Assembly (NCBI RefSeq): GCF_003018115.1
Contig: NZ_CP027457.1
DNA from: Escherichia coli
GTDB lineage: Bacteria; Pseudomonadota; Gammaproteobacteria; Enterobacterales; Enterobacteriaceae
Length of the DNA: 64,000 bases
Reading direction: 5' to 3' (one strand)
Positions 9,815 through 19,145 of this stretch are shown piece by piece (positions within the stretch are counted from its first letter, which is position 1; each line of letters begins with the position of its first letter). A program made the position numbers and the translations under genes. The notes beneath the pieces were generated by a model that was given only the letters and a program-made list of their open reading frames with translations, ran no database searches and was not told the DNA's origin.

Positions 9815-11677
9815 TCACGACAGCTCAGGAGGGTTATTCCTGATGTCATCTTCACAAATAATGGTTAACGCATCATATATCATTCTGCGTCTGTTCCTGT
9901 TTTCGGCCTTATCGCCATACAACATCATCACATTTTTAATTTCATCGACCGGTGATTTCACATAGTGAACTAATACACCAAGCTTCTCAACACATTGCAG
10001 TAAAGTATATTTCTTACTGCCTGTGAAAAGCCCTATCATAGTTTCTTTACGTTCGCGACTGGATAATACTTTGTTTTCCATAATGACTTCAGCCAGCGTC
10101 TTACCATCATAAACATACTCTTTATCTATCAGAATATTTATCTTATCCAGCACCTTCTCTACGTCATCAAGCAAACCTGTAATATATGGGGGCGCAATAT
10201 ATGGTTTCGTACTGATCTTTTCAAGCATACAATTATACATCTTAATAACACGCATCAGGGTAAAATTGTTCGCATCATACTGTATTTCACCCTCCTTATA
10301 TACAGGTTCAATAAGTGGTATTGTTTCAATAAATGCATCCTGATAGGCTTTTACATGGTCAAGCCAATAAAACAACGAGCCATACTTTATATTTTTTCTA
10401 TTTACTTTAACCTCCAGTGCTGTCCGAAGCAACGATAATGCCCCCCTGACATATCCTGAAGGTAATTCACCAAACAATCCTTTTCTTTCCATGTCATCAT
10501 AATGCTGCAGCACATCATTAATTTTATTTTTCCTTATCAGACAAATGTACACCGCAAGTGTTTCGTAGCAGCTGGTCACATGAACAGCCTCATTCTGCAA
10601 CTGCCCAAAATAGCTTATAATCTTTTTCAGATATGCGTCATCACAACCATTCTTATCATTAATATTAAATACAAGATCTTTCAGACGGGAAATATATTCC
10701 TGAGATTTATCATCAAGTGAAACACTATAACGAGACAATGTTCCTTCTGCACTGTTTTCAAACTTATAAAACATTTCCAGTAATTTTTTTGCATAAGGCG
10801 TTGTATCAAAGCTGGTAAAGTCATAAAGATATTGCGCAGCGTAACCATACAAACCATGAATCCAGAGTCCTTCTCTCACCAACACTCTGAGATAATATGC
10901 AAGGTTTTTAAGTATCTTCGTCTTTCGTTGTATATCAAGTAAGACACTTAATGAATAAAATGCATTATAGAATTTATCAATATTCCTGAGCACTTTCTCC
11001 AGTTCATCCTTATCCAGCTTCTTCTCCCGGTAATCCTTTTTATATTCATTTTTGATAGCCATGATATATTGTTGCATCAGGCTCTTGCTTTTCCCGTTAT
11101 CCTTCCGTATAGTTCCTGTATATTTCCCCAGAGCATACAGCTTTCCATTTTCATGAAAATCTTCCTTGTTGAATCCCAGTTCAGCCAGATATTCCCGAAG
11201 ATAACGTTTAACAGCAGCTTCATCGCTTTCTGTATCAGCGTGATCAAGACAAGGGCAATACGATTTCTGTAAAAAATTATAAATATGATAATAAAAAGCA
11301 GAGTCATTCTCTGGTCTGTATGTATTATACATATCTACAACAAGAAAAATAACCCCAAAAGTGCGCAGACAATAGCTGCGAAGGAATTCAGGTTTTAGTG
11401 TGGAATGCACTGGATAAGAATTCATCATGTAATAAAAATGTTCATATCGGGCATATATGATCCGCCGTTGCTCCTGACTGAACACCCCTTCAGCATCAAT
11501 AATACGACTGATCTCATTATAACGTTGATCCCAGAATTTTTGATGCATTTCAAAATTGGTACTCTTCCGCTTGTGTGCCGGATTCTCGCCTTCCTTAAAC
11601 AACCCCAAAACAGTACAAATATCATACAACAGATTTGTAAATGTGCGCATATGCTGTGCTCTCCGGTTGGTTTGCAT
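9815..11677 (-). CDS. Hypothetical 620-aa protein, AT-rich orphan gene (alternative start at 11650 with better RBS gives 611 aa)
   Basis: Long uninterrupted ORF in otherwise AT-rich DNA; no Walker A, HUH, or other motif recognised; helix-rich K/E/Y-rich composition. Confidence 0.7.
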   Translation of the reverse strand: MQTNRRAQHMRTFTNLLYDICTVLGLFKEGENPAHKRKSTNFEMHQKFWDQRYNEISRIIDAEGVFSQEQRRIIYARYEHFYYMMNSYPVHSTLKPEFLRSYCLRTFGVIFLVVDMYNTYRPENDSAFYYHIYNFLQKSYCPCLDHADTESDEAAVKRYLREYLAELGFNKEDFHENGKLYALGKYTGTIRKDNGKSKSLMQQYIMAIKNEYKKDYREKKLDKDELEKVLRNIDKFYNAFYSLSVLLDIQRKTKILKNLAYYLRVLVREGLWIHGLYGYAAQYLYDFTSFDTTPYAKKLLEMFYKFENSAEGTLSRYSVSLDDKSQEYISRLKDLVFNINDKNGCDDAYLKKIISYFGQLQNEAVHVTSCYETLAVYICLIRKNKINDVLQHYDDMERKGLFGELPSGYVRGALSLLRTALEVKVNRKNIKYGSLFYWLDHVKAYQDAFIETIPLIEPVYKEGEIQYDANNFTLMRVIKMYNCMLEKISTKPYIAPPYITGLLDDVEKVLDKINILIDKEYVYDGKTLAEVIMENKVLSSRERKETMIGLFTGSKKYTLLQCVEKLGVLVHYVKSPVDEIKNVMMLYGDKAENRNRRRMIYDALTIICEDDIRNNPPELS

Positions 11678-11732
11678 TTTATCGCAGAGGACATTCTGAG
11701 CTTAACGTATCAAACTGACACAACGACATGCA

Positions 11733-12038
11733 ATGCATATGGAGAACAATATGTCAAATCAAACCGGACAGCTTTACACGCCTTCACGCATCCTGCGTAT
11801 GGCTGAACTTACCCGACTGCTGGGTATATCAAGATCTACTATTTACGTGAAAATAAATCCGGCCTCGAAATACCACGACCCTACCTTTCCCAAACCAATA
11901 AGGCTTGGTAGTGCATCCGTAGGCTGGCGGGCATCTGCCATCGATGAGTGGCTGATGTTACATACGGCACCAGCCTGGTCTGAACCTGAAAACAAACGAA
12001 AGGAACTTAATGATGACGACAAAACTATCACTCCCTGA
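11733..12038 (+). CDS. alpA: AlpA-family phage-type transcriptional regulator (start may be 11751)
   Basis: MAELTRLLGISRSTIY...FPKPIRLGSASVGWRASAIDEWL matches AlpA HTH pattern (RLxEVxxxTGLSRSTIYRLxxxGxFPKPxKLGxRAVGWxxSEIxxWI). Confidence 0.7.
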   Translation: MHMENNMSNQTGQLYTPSRILRMAELTRLLGISRSTIYVKINPASKYHDPTFPKPIRLGSASVGWRASAIDEWLMLHTAPAWSEPENKRKELNDDDKTITP

Positions 12039-13539
12039 ACTTGACACAACTAAACTGCCTGACAGGTGCCAGGCATTACTTGATGAAATGCATGAAGAAA
12101 CAGGAATACGCCGTGAAATACTTCTGTCTGTTATGCTGACGGTCATGGCTGCCTCGGTCCAGGATACGCATGAAGTTGAACTTTCCGGAGGGCAACGTAC
12201 CAGCCTTCAGATATTTATGTGTCTTTCATCAGCATCAGGCAGTGGAAAAACCTCTGCCTGCGCAAAATTAATCGCTCCTGTTCATGAAACAGAAGAAGAA
12301 CTACATCAGGCATATATCGACGATAAAAAAAACTATGACCGAATGATGGAAATGTGGACAACAGATAAAAAAATCCTGGAGCGGAGATATAAAAAGGAAA
12401 TTGAAAGATCCCCGGAAAATGCTGCTGCTGCACGAGCAGCACTTGAAAAGTGTATAGCAAATAAACCCGAACCTCCCGTACAACAGGTTCTCATCGTGAA
12501 TGACGCGACACCAGAAGGGATAGCTTTGAAACTCAGCCAGTCACCCTCTCTTCTGTTGCTGTCTGATGAAGGAGGTACTATTCTGGATAAGCGTTTCGAA
12601 CGCAAATCGGCACTGTACAACACATTATGGAGTGGGCAACCAGTCAACGTTGAACGGGCATCCAGACCCGGGTTCCGGCTGAATGATGTCCGTCTCACTA
12701 TACTTATACTGACTCAACCGGTAATATTTAATAAGTTTTTTACTCTCACTGGCGATCAGATCCGGGGCAATGGCTTTCTGGCCCGGTTGCTATTTTGCGA
12801 ACCCGGAGCAATTAAAATAATGACGACAGAACCGCATACTGCCACTCCTGTTGTGACGCAACAATGTGCAAGCTGTTTTCGTAAGAAAAGTTTTGGCAGT
12901 CAGATCAGAGACTCTCTGAGAGCATCCAGAGAAAGACGTGCAAAAAGTAAAGAGCGCATCTGCATGACATTATCAAATGCAGCATCCCGCGCACTGGAGC
13001 GCTTTCACAAAGAAAATATGGATACTGTCAGACAGAATCCTCATATGGGTACTTTTGAAGACATTATTGTCAGAAAAAGAGAGCAGGTTGTCAGGATAGC
13101 AGCACTTCTGGAACTGGAGAAAGATCCAGACTCGACAGTAATAACGCTGGAAAGTACTAATAGCGCCATTTATCTCATTGAATTTTATTTCAAGCATCTT
13201 ATATATAAACTTGAATCCCTTCGGGAAATATCCCCGGCTGAGAAACTTGATAAATGGCTTCAGAAAAGAATTATCACAACAGCAGGTTACATATTCCAGA
13301 AAAGTTATATTTTACAATATGCCCCATATGCTCTCAGGAAAAAATGTGTTCTGGATGAAGCACTTGACATACTGGCGGAACAAAGGAAAATAAGGATTGA
13401 TGATAACCTGGTTGTTTATATAGGAAACACGATTACACCATCCGAACTGGCAAAAAAACTAAATATTCCTGCATTCGATGCCGGAGTTTTCATTTGTGAT
13501 CATCAAAACATACTGAAGTATCACCGAAACAGACTATAG
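12010..13539 (+). CDS. P-loop NTPase-like protein in the primase/helicase-like slot of P4/CP4-57-type elements (YfjI-like)
   Basis: 509-aa ORF overlapping alpA 3' end; near-Walker-A SASGSGKTS and hhhhDEGG Walker-B-like motif. Confidence 0.5.
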   Translation: MMTTKLSLPELDTTKLPDRCQALLDEMHEETGIRREILLSVMLTVMAASVQDTHEVELSGGQRTSLQIFMCLSSASGSGKTSACAKLIAPVHETEEELHQAYIDDKKNYDRMMEMWTTDKKILERRYKKEIERSPENAAAARAALEKCIANKPEPPVQQVLIVNDATPEGIALKLSQSPSLLLLSDEGGTILDKRFERKSALYNTLWSGQPVNVERASRPGFRLNDVRLTILILTQPVIFNKFFTLTGDQIRGNGFLARLLFCEPGAIKIMTTEPHTATPVVTQQCASCFRKKSFGSQIRDSLRASRERRAKSKERICMTLSNAASRALERFHKENMDTVRQNPHMGTFEDIIVRKREQVVRIAALLELEKDPDSTVITLESTNSAIYLIEFYFKHLIYKLESLREISPAEKLDKWLQKRIITTAGYIFQKSYILQYAPYALRKKCVLDEALDILAEQRKIRIDDNLVVYIGNTITPSELAKKLNIPAFDAGVFICDHQNILKYHRNRL

Positions 13540-13708
13540 ATACTATCGGACAAAAAATAAATTATCACAAGTGTATTATTCGTTATAATAATGAATAATC
13601 GTTATCTGAGTGCAATGCCAGGTTTTCATTACGAACTGGCATTGCATTTATTTTTCAAAAAAGAAAGCAGTAACCATTTGGCTACTCTGAGTATGCCAGT
13701 CCATGAAA

Positions 13709-14926
13709 CTAAGCGAATTCCTTAGTGTTTTTAGCAAGTTGAGACATCACATAATCCGCCCATGCCTGCATCATCGGTACACGCTGCTCCAGTAGATCAG
13801 TACGATGATATGCCGCCTCAACCTTATTTTTCAGCGTATGAGCGAGCGCCCTTTCCGCCAGATCCCGCGAATACCCCTGTTCACTACACCAGTCCCTGAA
13901 TGTTGAGCGAAAACCATGTGCCGTGGCAACTCGCCCCGGTATATCACTGATGGCTTTCTTTTTACGCAGAAAACTCGTCAACACCATATCTGAAAGGATC
14001 TGCTGCTTTCTGGGAGAAGGAAACACTAGTTCATCATGCAAACCACGTATATTTTCCAGAATGTGAATGGCCTGCCGGGATAAAGGAACACGATGCTGTA
14101 TCCTGGCTTTCATTCTTTCTGCGGGTATAGTCCATATCCGCTTATGAAAATCAATTTCAGCCCAGCGCATTCCCCTGGCTTCGCCCGAGCGGGTTGCTGT
14201 AAGTATCACCATTAATAACAGTGCCCGGGTAACATTATAAGGTTCATCTGTATACACACTGGTCGCCACAAAAAGCGGTAACTGCCTCCAGGGCATTGCG
14301 GGTTGGTGTTCATCACGTCCTCTTGTCTGCTGAGGAAGCAAATGGTCAACCACATCAACAGGGTTTGCCACACAAAAACCGTGCGCCCATCCCCACTGCA
14401 TAACAACATGAATGCGCTGTTTAACCCGGCTTGCCGTTTCTGACAAGGTTAACCAGACTGGACGCAGTGTTTCTGCCACGTCCGCAGCCGTAATCGAATC
14501 CAGCGTTTTTGCTCCCAGTTGAGGAAACGCGTAATTTTCAAGCGTCGATAACCACTGCCTGACATGCTTTGGATTTTCCCATCCCGGTGACAATTCAGCA
14601 TGTACACGCCTGGCTGCATCGGCAAATGTTGGGATAACAACTTTTTCAGCTTCAGCCTTTTTAATCTCCAGTGGGTCATCACCTGCAGCAAGTTGCTCTC
14701 GCATTATCCGGGCAGCACGTGCAGCTTCAGCAATACTGACCTCAGGATAAGTTCCCAATCCAGCATTACGCCTTTTTTGTGTCACCGGACTTACATAACG
14801 AAAAACCCATTTACCCCGCCCTTTTACTGAAGAAGGATGAAGAGTCAGTCCTGTAATTCCCCCATGGGGCAATGGTTTGTCATCAGGTTTGATATGCCTT
14901 GCTTTAGTATCCGTCAATACTGCCAT
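13709..14926 (-). CDS. int: P4-type tyrosine integrase
   Basis: 405-aa ORF, N-terminus MAVLTDTKARHIKP... typical of P4-family integrases; C-terminal R...HGFRSTFRDW...Y catalytic motifs. Confidence 0.9.
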   Translation of the reverse strand: MAVLTDTKARHIKPDDKPLPHGGITGLTLHPSSVKGRGKWVFRYVSPVTQKRRNAGLGTYPEVSIAEAARAARIMREQLAAGDDPLEIKKAEAEKVVIPTFADAARRVHAELSPGWENPKHVRQWLSTLENYAFPQLGAKTLDSITAADVAETLRPVWLTLSETASRVKQRIHVVMQWGWAHGFCVANPVDVVDHLLPQQTRGRDEHQPAMPWRQLPLFVATSVYTDEPYNVTRALLLMVILTATRSGEARGMRWAEIDFHKRIWTIPAERMKARIQHRVPLSRQAIHILENIRGLHDELVFPSPRKQQILSDMVLTSFLRKKKAISDIPGRVATAHGFRSTFRDWCSEQGYSRDLAERALAHTLKNKVEAAYHRTDLLEQRVPMMQAWADYVMSQLAKNTKEFA

Positions 14927-15085
14927 ACGCTAATTCCTGTTACTCTGGTATGCCATCCAGTATGCCATTAGTCTCTCGCTTCACTAAGAATACATTAGAT
15001 AATATCGGACAGCAAAAAGTGTAATACATTGTTTATAATGAAATTATATAACACCCCCGGATTAAGTCAGATTTATTTCAGGCGG

Positions 15086-15100
15086 CCCCCCTCACCGCCA
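15086..15100 (+). other. tRNA-Ser 3'-end-like att core remnant (CCCCCCTCACCGCCA)
   Basis: 15-nt string ending in CCA matches the recalled 3' acceptor end of tRNA-Ser (serW/serX type); upstream sequence is AT-rich and not a tRNA body; ~160 bp from integrase start. Confidence 0.55.
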
Positions 15101-15112
15101 TATTTAAAGAAG

Positions 15113-15142
15113 AGCTCGTACGAAAGTACGGGCTTTTTTTTC
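15113..15142 (+). terminator. Rho-independent terminator hairpin (GAAA tetraloop plus T8), possibly bidirectional
   Basis: gctcgtac-gaaa-gtacgggc followed by tttttttt; preceded by A-rich tract on the other strand; lies just after the tRNA-like fragment and downstream of the 15192..15878 minus-strand gene. Confidence 0.55.
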
Positions 15143-15191
15143 GTATATTGCACACACCGGGGGGATGAGAATCCCCGACCGGGATACTTAG

Positions 15192-15878
15192 TTAATGCAA
15201 CGGTTCACTCTTTGTCGCCGCGACTAATGGGCGAATTTTGTCACGAGTCTCCCAGACCGGAGGGATTTCCTCCAATTTAGTGACAGAAGCTCGTACAAAA
15301 GGCACCCGTGCAAGAGTCATAATCGTATCCAACCAACGGTCACGAATAATGCGATCCGCCCTTTCATGACTCGGGTCATCCAGCTCAATAACACAGACTA
15401 TTTTATTGTTCTTCTTTGAAACCAGAACATAATCCATTGCCATGCCATTATAAATTGCAAAGAAACGCTTTCTTTCTTCTTCGCTAAACTCAGGTTGTTC
15501 TGGAAAGTTGATCAAGCGCCCCAGAGAGACCTGGCAATGGATATGACAATAATGTCCAAACCATTTTTCCAGATTATCGAAATACATTTTTTCACAACGC
15601 GTGATTAACCACTCTTTTCTTTCCAATAAAATACCTTCGGCAACCATTCCCTGAAATAACTCATCTCGCTCTTGCCAACGAGAGTCACGATAGGTTTTCT
15701 GCGGTATATAGCTCCTTGTCGACGCCTTAGCGGCAGGGGAAGTTGCAGATGAAGGGACTGGTTGCGATTTAGCGATGATTACCGATGAGGCAACTTTTCG
15801 GAGTGTCAATTTTCTGGCAACAGCAAAACCGGCGATAAATGCAATTGTCAAACAAGTTACAAAAGACATAAAGCTCAT
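15192..15878 (-). CDS. Hypothetical membrane-anchored protein, DUF2726-like (restriction-endonuclease-like fold) C-terminal domain
   Basis: 228-aa ORF with N-terminal TM helix; C-terminal region ...DYVLVSKKNNKIVCVIELDDPSH... resembles DUF2726 (recalled, unverified). Confidence 0.45.
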   Translation of the reverse strand: MSFMSFVTCLTIAFIAGFAVARKLTLRKVASSVIIAKSQPVPSSATSPAAKASTRSYIPQKTYRDSRWQERDELFQGMVAEGILLERKEWLITRCEKMYFDNLEKWFGHYCHIHCQVSLGRLINFPEQPEFSEEERKRFFAIYNGMAMDYVLVSKKNNKIVCVIELDDPSHERADRIIRDRWLDTIMTLARVPFVRASVTKLEEIPPVWETRDKIRPLVAATKSEPLH

Positions 15879-16410
15879 AATTAATGTTCACCTATCCATG
15901 TTGATTATATTTCATTACCAATGTTACTCGCTGAAGCGTGTTACATGCCAACAATGCAACGATCAATATATAGTTAGTATCATGTTTTGATTATTACAAC
16001 CATCCCTATTTAGCCATTGCGGCTTGCCTTCCACAAAAAAACAACAACACACAATATTAGCCAAAGAATTAATTAAGATTAACCTTACATTTATAATATT
16101 ATCCCTAAAGAATAAATCAGAGGAATATATTCGGTGTTAAACAGTCAGTCAAAGTATGGCCCATTGTTGATTAAACCTCATAAGCAAAATTGGCACCAGA
16201 TCTCCTGTACAGGTTGAATGGCCGAAAAAAGATAGGCAGATGCTCATTTTTTTGGCTTCTGGAAGAAAAACTCTCCGCGCTGGCAGTATTACACTGGTCT
16301 GATGCTATGACGAAAAATGCCTGGTAAGAGTATCTAAACCAGACTCCAGTTCAGCTTATCAACACCCTCAAAGTCGCCCCCCTGAACGCTAACCTGAAGT
16401 GAAAATCTGT

Positions 16411-16441
16411 TGAAATAAAACAAAGCCCGGTTCGCCCGGGC
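16411..16441 (-). terminator. phoH rho-independent terminator
   Basis: gcccgg-ttcg-cccggg hairpin followed on minus strand by TTTGTTTTATTT. Confidence 0.6.
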
Positions 16442-16459
16442 TCTGCACCGATAATACAC

Positions 16460-17524
16460 TTAACTGTATGCATGTAGCGTACGTTGGCAAAGTGCCGAAC
16501 GTACGCAATCCTCTTTACCGAATCGGACGATCCCGACCATTTCATCTTCTTCGAAACGTTCCAGTGCGTCACTTAATCCGGAGTGCACGCCGCGAGGTAA
16601 ATCGCATTGCGTGATATCACCGTTGACGATAACCGTCACGTTCTCCCCGAGGCGGGTTAAAAACATTTTCATTTGCGCGGCAGTCACATTCTGCGCCTCG
16701 TCAAGAATGACGACTGCATTTTCAAAGGTACGTCCACGCATATAGGCGAACGGCGCAATTTCCACCTTCCCTATTTCCGGTCGCAGGCAGTACTGCATAA
16801 AGGAAGCCCCTAAGCGCCGGACCAGCACGTCGTATACCGGGCGAAAATAGGGAGCAAACTTTTCTGCGATATCTCCAGGTAAGAAGCCAAGATCTTCATC
16901 GGCTTGCAGAACTGGACGGGTGACGATAATCCTGTCGACATCCTTATGTATCAGGGCCTCTGCCGCTTTTGCTGCGCTGATCCAGGTTTTTCCGCACCCG
17001 GCTTCGCCCGTGGCGAATATCAGCTGCTTACTCTCAATAGCCTTCAGATAGTGCAATTGCGCTTCATTTCGCGCGAGGATGGGCGAGGTATCGCGACTGT
17101 CGCGGGCCATACCAATGGCTTCTACGCCGCTCATCTGCACAAGCGAGGTGACCGATTCTTCTTCACGCTGCTTATGGCTGCGCGAATCCCGTCTCAGCAC
17201 ACGTTTTGCCTCGCGACGAGCTTTGATCACTGCTTTTTGTCTTCCCATGGAGAGCACCTTGAGTTGTTTGTATTCATCACACGCGCCGTTGGCAGCGCGA
17301 TTATGCGCACGAACATCAGAGGGTTGGCTTCCTTGTAAGCCATAGTTTGCTTTTGGATAAAATGCCGAAAAACGGCTACGCGCACCGTTTACGGCGTCGG
17401 TAACACATGAAAAGAAAGGATGAGGTTGAAAATGCAAAGTGACGAGATGACTACCGGAGGAGAAAACTCCGCGAGTGGTGGCGCGTTGATTATCTAAAAC
17501 ATGTCCAGTACAGGACGTTACCAT
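16460..17524 (-). CDS. phoH: PhoH, phosphate-starvation-inducible ATPase
   Basis: 354-aa ORF with Walker A GEAGCGKT; matches recalled K-12 PhoH. Confidence 0.9.
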   Translation of the reverse strand: MVTSCTGHVLDNQRATTRGVFSSGSHLVTLHFQPHPFFSCVTDAVNGARSRFSAFYPKANYGLQGSQPSDVRAHNRAANGACDEYKQLKVLSMGRQKAVIKARREAKRVLRRDSRSHKQREEESVTSLVQMSGVEAIGMARDSRDTSPILARNEAQLHYLKAIESKQLIFATGEAGCGKTWISAAKAAEALIHKDVDRIIVTRPVLQADEDLGFLPGDIAEKFAPYFRPVYDVLVRRLGASFMQYCLRPEIGKVEIAPFAYMRGRTFENAVVILDEAQNVTAAQMKMFLTRLGENVTVIVNGDITQCDLPRGVHSGLSDALERFEEDEMVGIVRFGKEDCVRSALCQRTLHAYS

Positions 17525-17673
17525 CCGCGATCTCCATAGTGACTGACTATCACTGCCGGGAACTTCCGCTGCTACTTAATAAGTACAACAGATCTCGCAT
17601 TTATTGCAACAATATATTTACTTATATTTAACTATAAAACACCATTTCAGTGACATTAGTTTCTACTGGAAAG

Positions 17674-17691
17674 ATGACAGAGTGATGACAG
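17674..17691 (-). promoter_or_regulatory. Pho box (PhoB site) upstream of phoH
   Basis: Minus strand reads CTGTCAT-cact-CTGTCAT, matching CTGTCAT-N4-CTGTCAT consensus. Confidence 0.6.
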
Positions 17692-17719
17692 TGATGAAAA
17701 AAGCTGTGTGCTTTCAGCA

Positions 17720-17865
17720 GGATTTGCATCAGGCATCAGTGCACGATCGCCGGATGCGGCGTGAACGCCTTATCCAGCCTACCAAACCCGCACTGATTGT
17801 AGGCATGATAAGACGCGCAAGCGTCGCATCAGGCATCTGCGCACAAATGCCTTATCCGCCTAAAA
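17720..17865. repeat. REP/BIME cluster
   Basis: GCCGGATGCGGCGTGAACGCCTTATCC and GCCTGATGCGACGCTTGCGCGTCTTATCATGCCTAC-type REP units in alternating orientation. Confidence 0.6.
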
Positions 17866-17868
17866 ACA

Positions 17869-19140
17869 TTAAACCCGCAATAATGCGCTTCCGAGATAAT
17901 CGTTCGCGTCCTTCACTCCCGGCAGCGCAAAAAAATAACCGCCGCCGATAGGTTTAACGTATTCCTCCAGCGCTTCGCCATTGAGCCTTTTTTGTACTGT
18001 CAGGAAGCCTTTTTCCAGATCGTGCTGGTAGCAGACAAACAGCAACCCCATATCCAGTTGTCCGGAGTTGGTGACGCCCAGTGAATAACTGTAGCCACGA
18101 CGCAGCATCAGGCTGGACTCACTCTCCGCCGTGCGGGGATTCGCCAGCCGGATATGGCTGTCCAACGCAATCACCTTCCCTTCCGGGTCGCTGGCGTAAT
18201 CAGGCACATCATGCTCATGTTGCATTCCCAGCGGCGCACCGGTTTGCTTATCACGGCCAAAAATCGTCTGCTGTTCTTTCAGCGGCGTTCTGTCCCAAAA
18301 TTCCACTCGAAACTGAATCAAGCGTACTGCCTGATAGCTGCCACCGATTGTCCACGCAAGCTCCTGCTGATCTGCCGTTACCCACACCACTTTTTGCATC
18401 AACTTATCATTCTGGCTATCGGGATTGGCAGTGCCGTCTTTGAAACCCAGCAAATTAATCGGCGTCTCTTTGCCTTTACTACGCGCCGCGTGATCGGAAA
18501 TAAACCCTTCCCGCTTCCAGCGCACACTGAGCAAATCCGGCGTGTGTTTGATGATATCGCGCAGCGCATGGATCACCGTGTCCTGGGTGTTGGCGCAAAT
18601 CTGTAACAACACATCACCATGACATAACGCCGCATCCAGCGAGTCGTTGGGGAAACGCGTCATCTTCTGCAGCTTTTTTGGCATCTGTGGCGCAAGGCCA
18701 AAGCGCTCATCAAACAATGAGTGACCCACCGATAACGTGATGGTGAGATTATCGGGCGCAATGTAGCCGCCAAGAATGCCGGAATCGAGTGGTGGCAGGC
18801 GCGGATTTGGCGTTTCTGGTGCTGCTCCGCCCTGAGTCAGAAAAGCAAAACGCTGAGTCAACAAGCGAAACAACCGCTCAAGATCGGCTTTATCGCTGGC
18901 AAGCACATCAAACGCCACCAGCATCATTGCGGCCTGTTGTGGCGTCAGGATCCCTGCCTGATGCTCACCATAAAACGGCTGTTTCTCATTGCGTGCATCC
19001 GGTGAAAGCGTACCCGGCGCACTTTGCGTTTTTTGTGCATGAGCGACCGGACAACTTCCCGCCAGCGCCAGTGCACCAATCCCTTTCAGTAAACGTCGGC
19101 GTGACGGTCCATTCACGCCGTTTTCATCTTTATACTGCAT
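17869..19140 (-). CDS. efeB: EfeB, Tat-exported Dyp-type haem peroxidase
   Basis: 423-aa ORF with twin-arginine signal [10 protein letters not shown]. Confidence 0.9.
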   Translation of the reverse strand: MQYKDENGVNGPSRRRLLKGIGALALAGSCPVAHAQKTQSAPGTLSPDARNEKQPFYGEHQAGILTPQQAAMMLVAFDVLASDKADLERLFRLLTQRFAFLTQGGAAPETPNPRLPPLDSGILGGYIAPDNLTITLSVGHSLFDERFGLAPQMPKKLQKMTRFPNDSLDAALCHGDVLLQICANTQDTVIHALRDIIKHTPDLLSVRWKREGFISDHAARSKGKETPINLLGFKDGTANPDSQNDKLMQKVVWVTADQQELAWTIGGSYQAVRLIQFRVEFWDRTPLKEQQTIFGRDKQTGAPLGMQHEHDVPDYASDPEGKVIALDSHIRLANPRTAESESSLMLRRGYSYSLGVTNSGQLDMGLLFVCYQHDLEKGFLTVQKRLNGEALEEYVKPIGGGYFFALPGVKDANDYLGSALLRV

Positions 19141-19145
19141 AACGC

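Noticed and set aside
14927-15191. Intact tRNA gene expected next to the P4-type integrase
   Set aside because: Only a 15-nt 3'-end-like fragment is present; upstream sequence is AT-rich with no cloverleaf potential
15029-15280. 83-aa plus-strand ORF spanning the att remnant and terminator
   Set aside because: Reads through a tRNA-like fragment and a terminator hairpin; Pro/Gly-rich; almost certainly non-coding
16904-17345. Plus-strand ORFs of 144 and 88 aa
   Set aside because: Antisense to phoH
17720-17865. Possible CRISPR array (clustered palindromic repeats here and at 36133, 42038, 61784)
   Set aside because: These are REP/BIME elements, imperfect and in alternating orientation, without regular ~30-bp spacers; the (GCGAATCA)x5 tract is a simple microsatellite; no cas genes in the window
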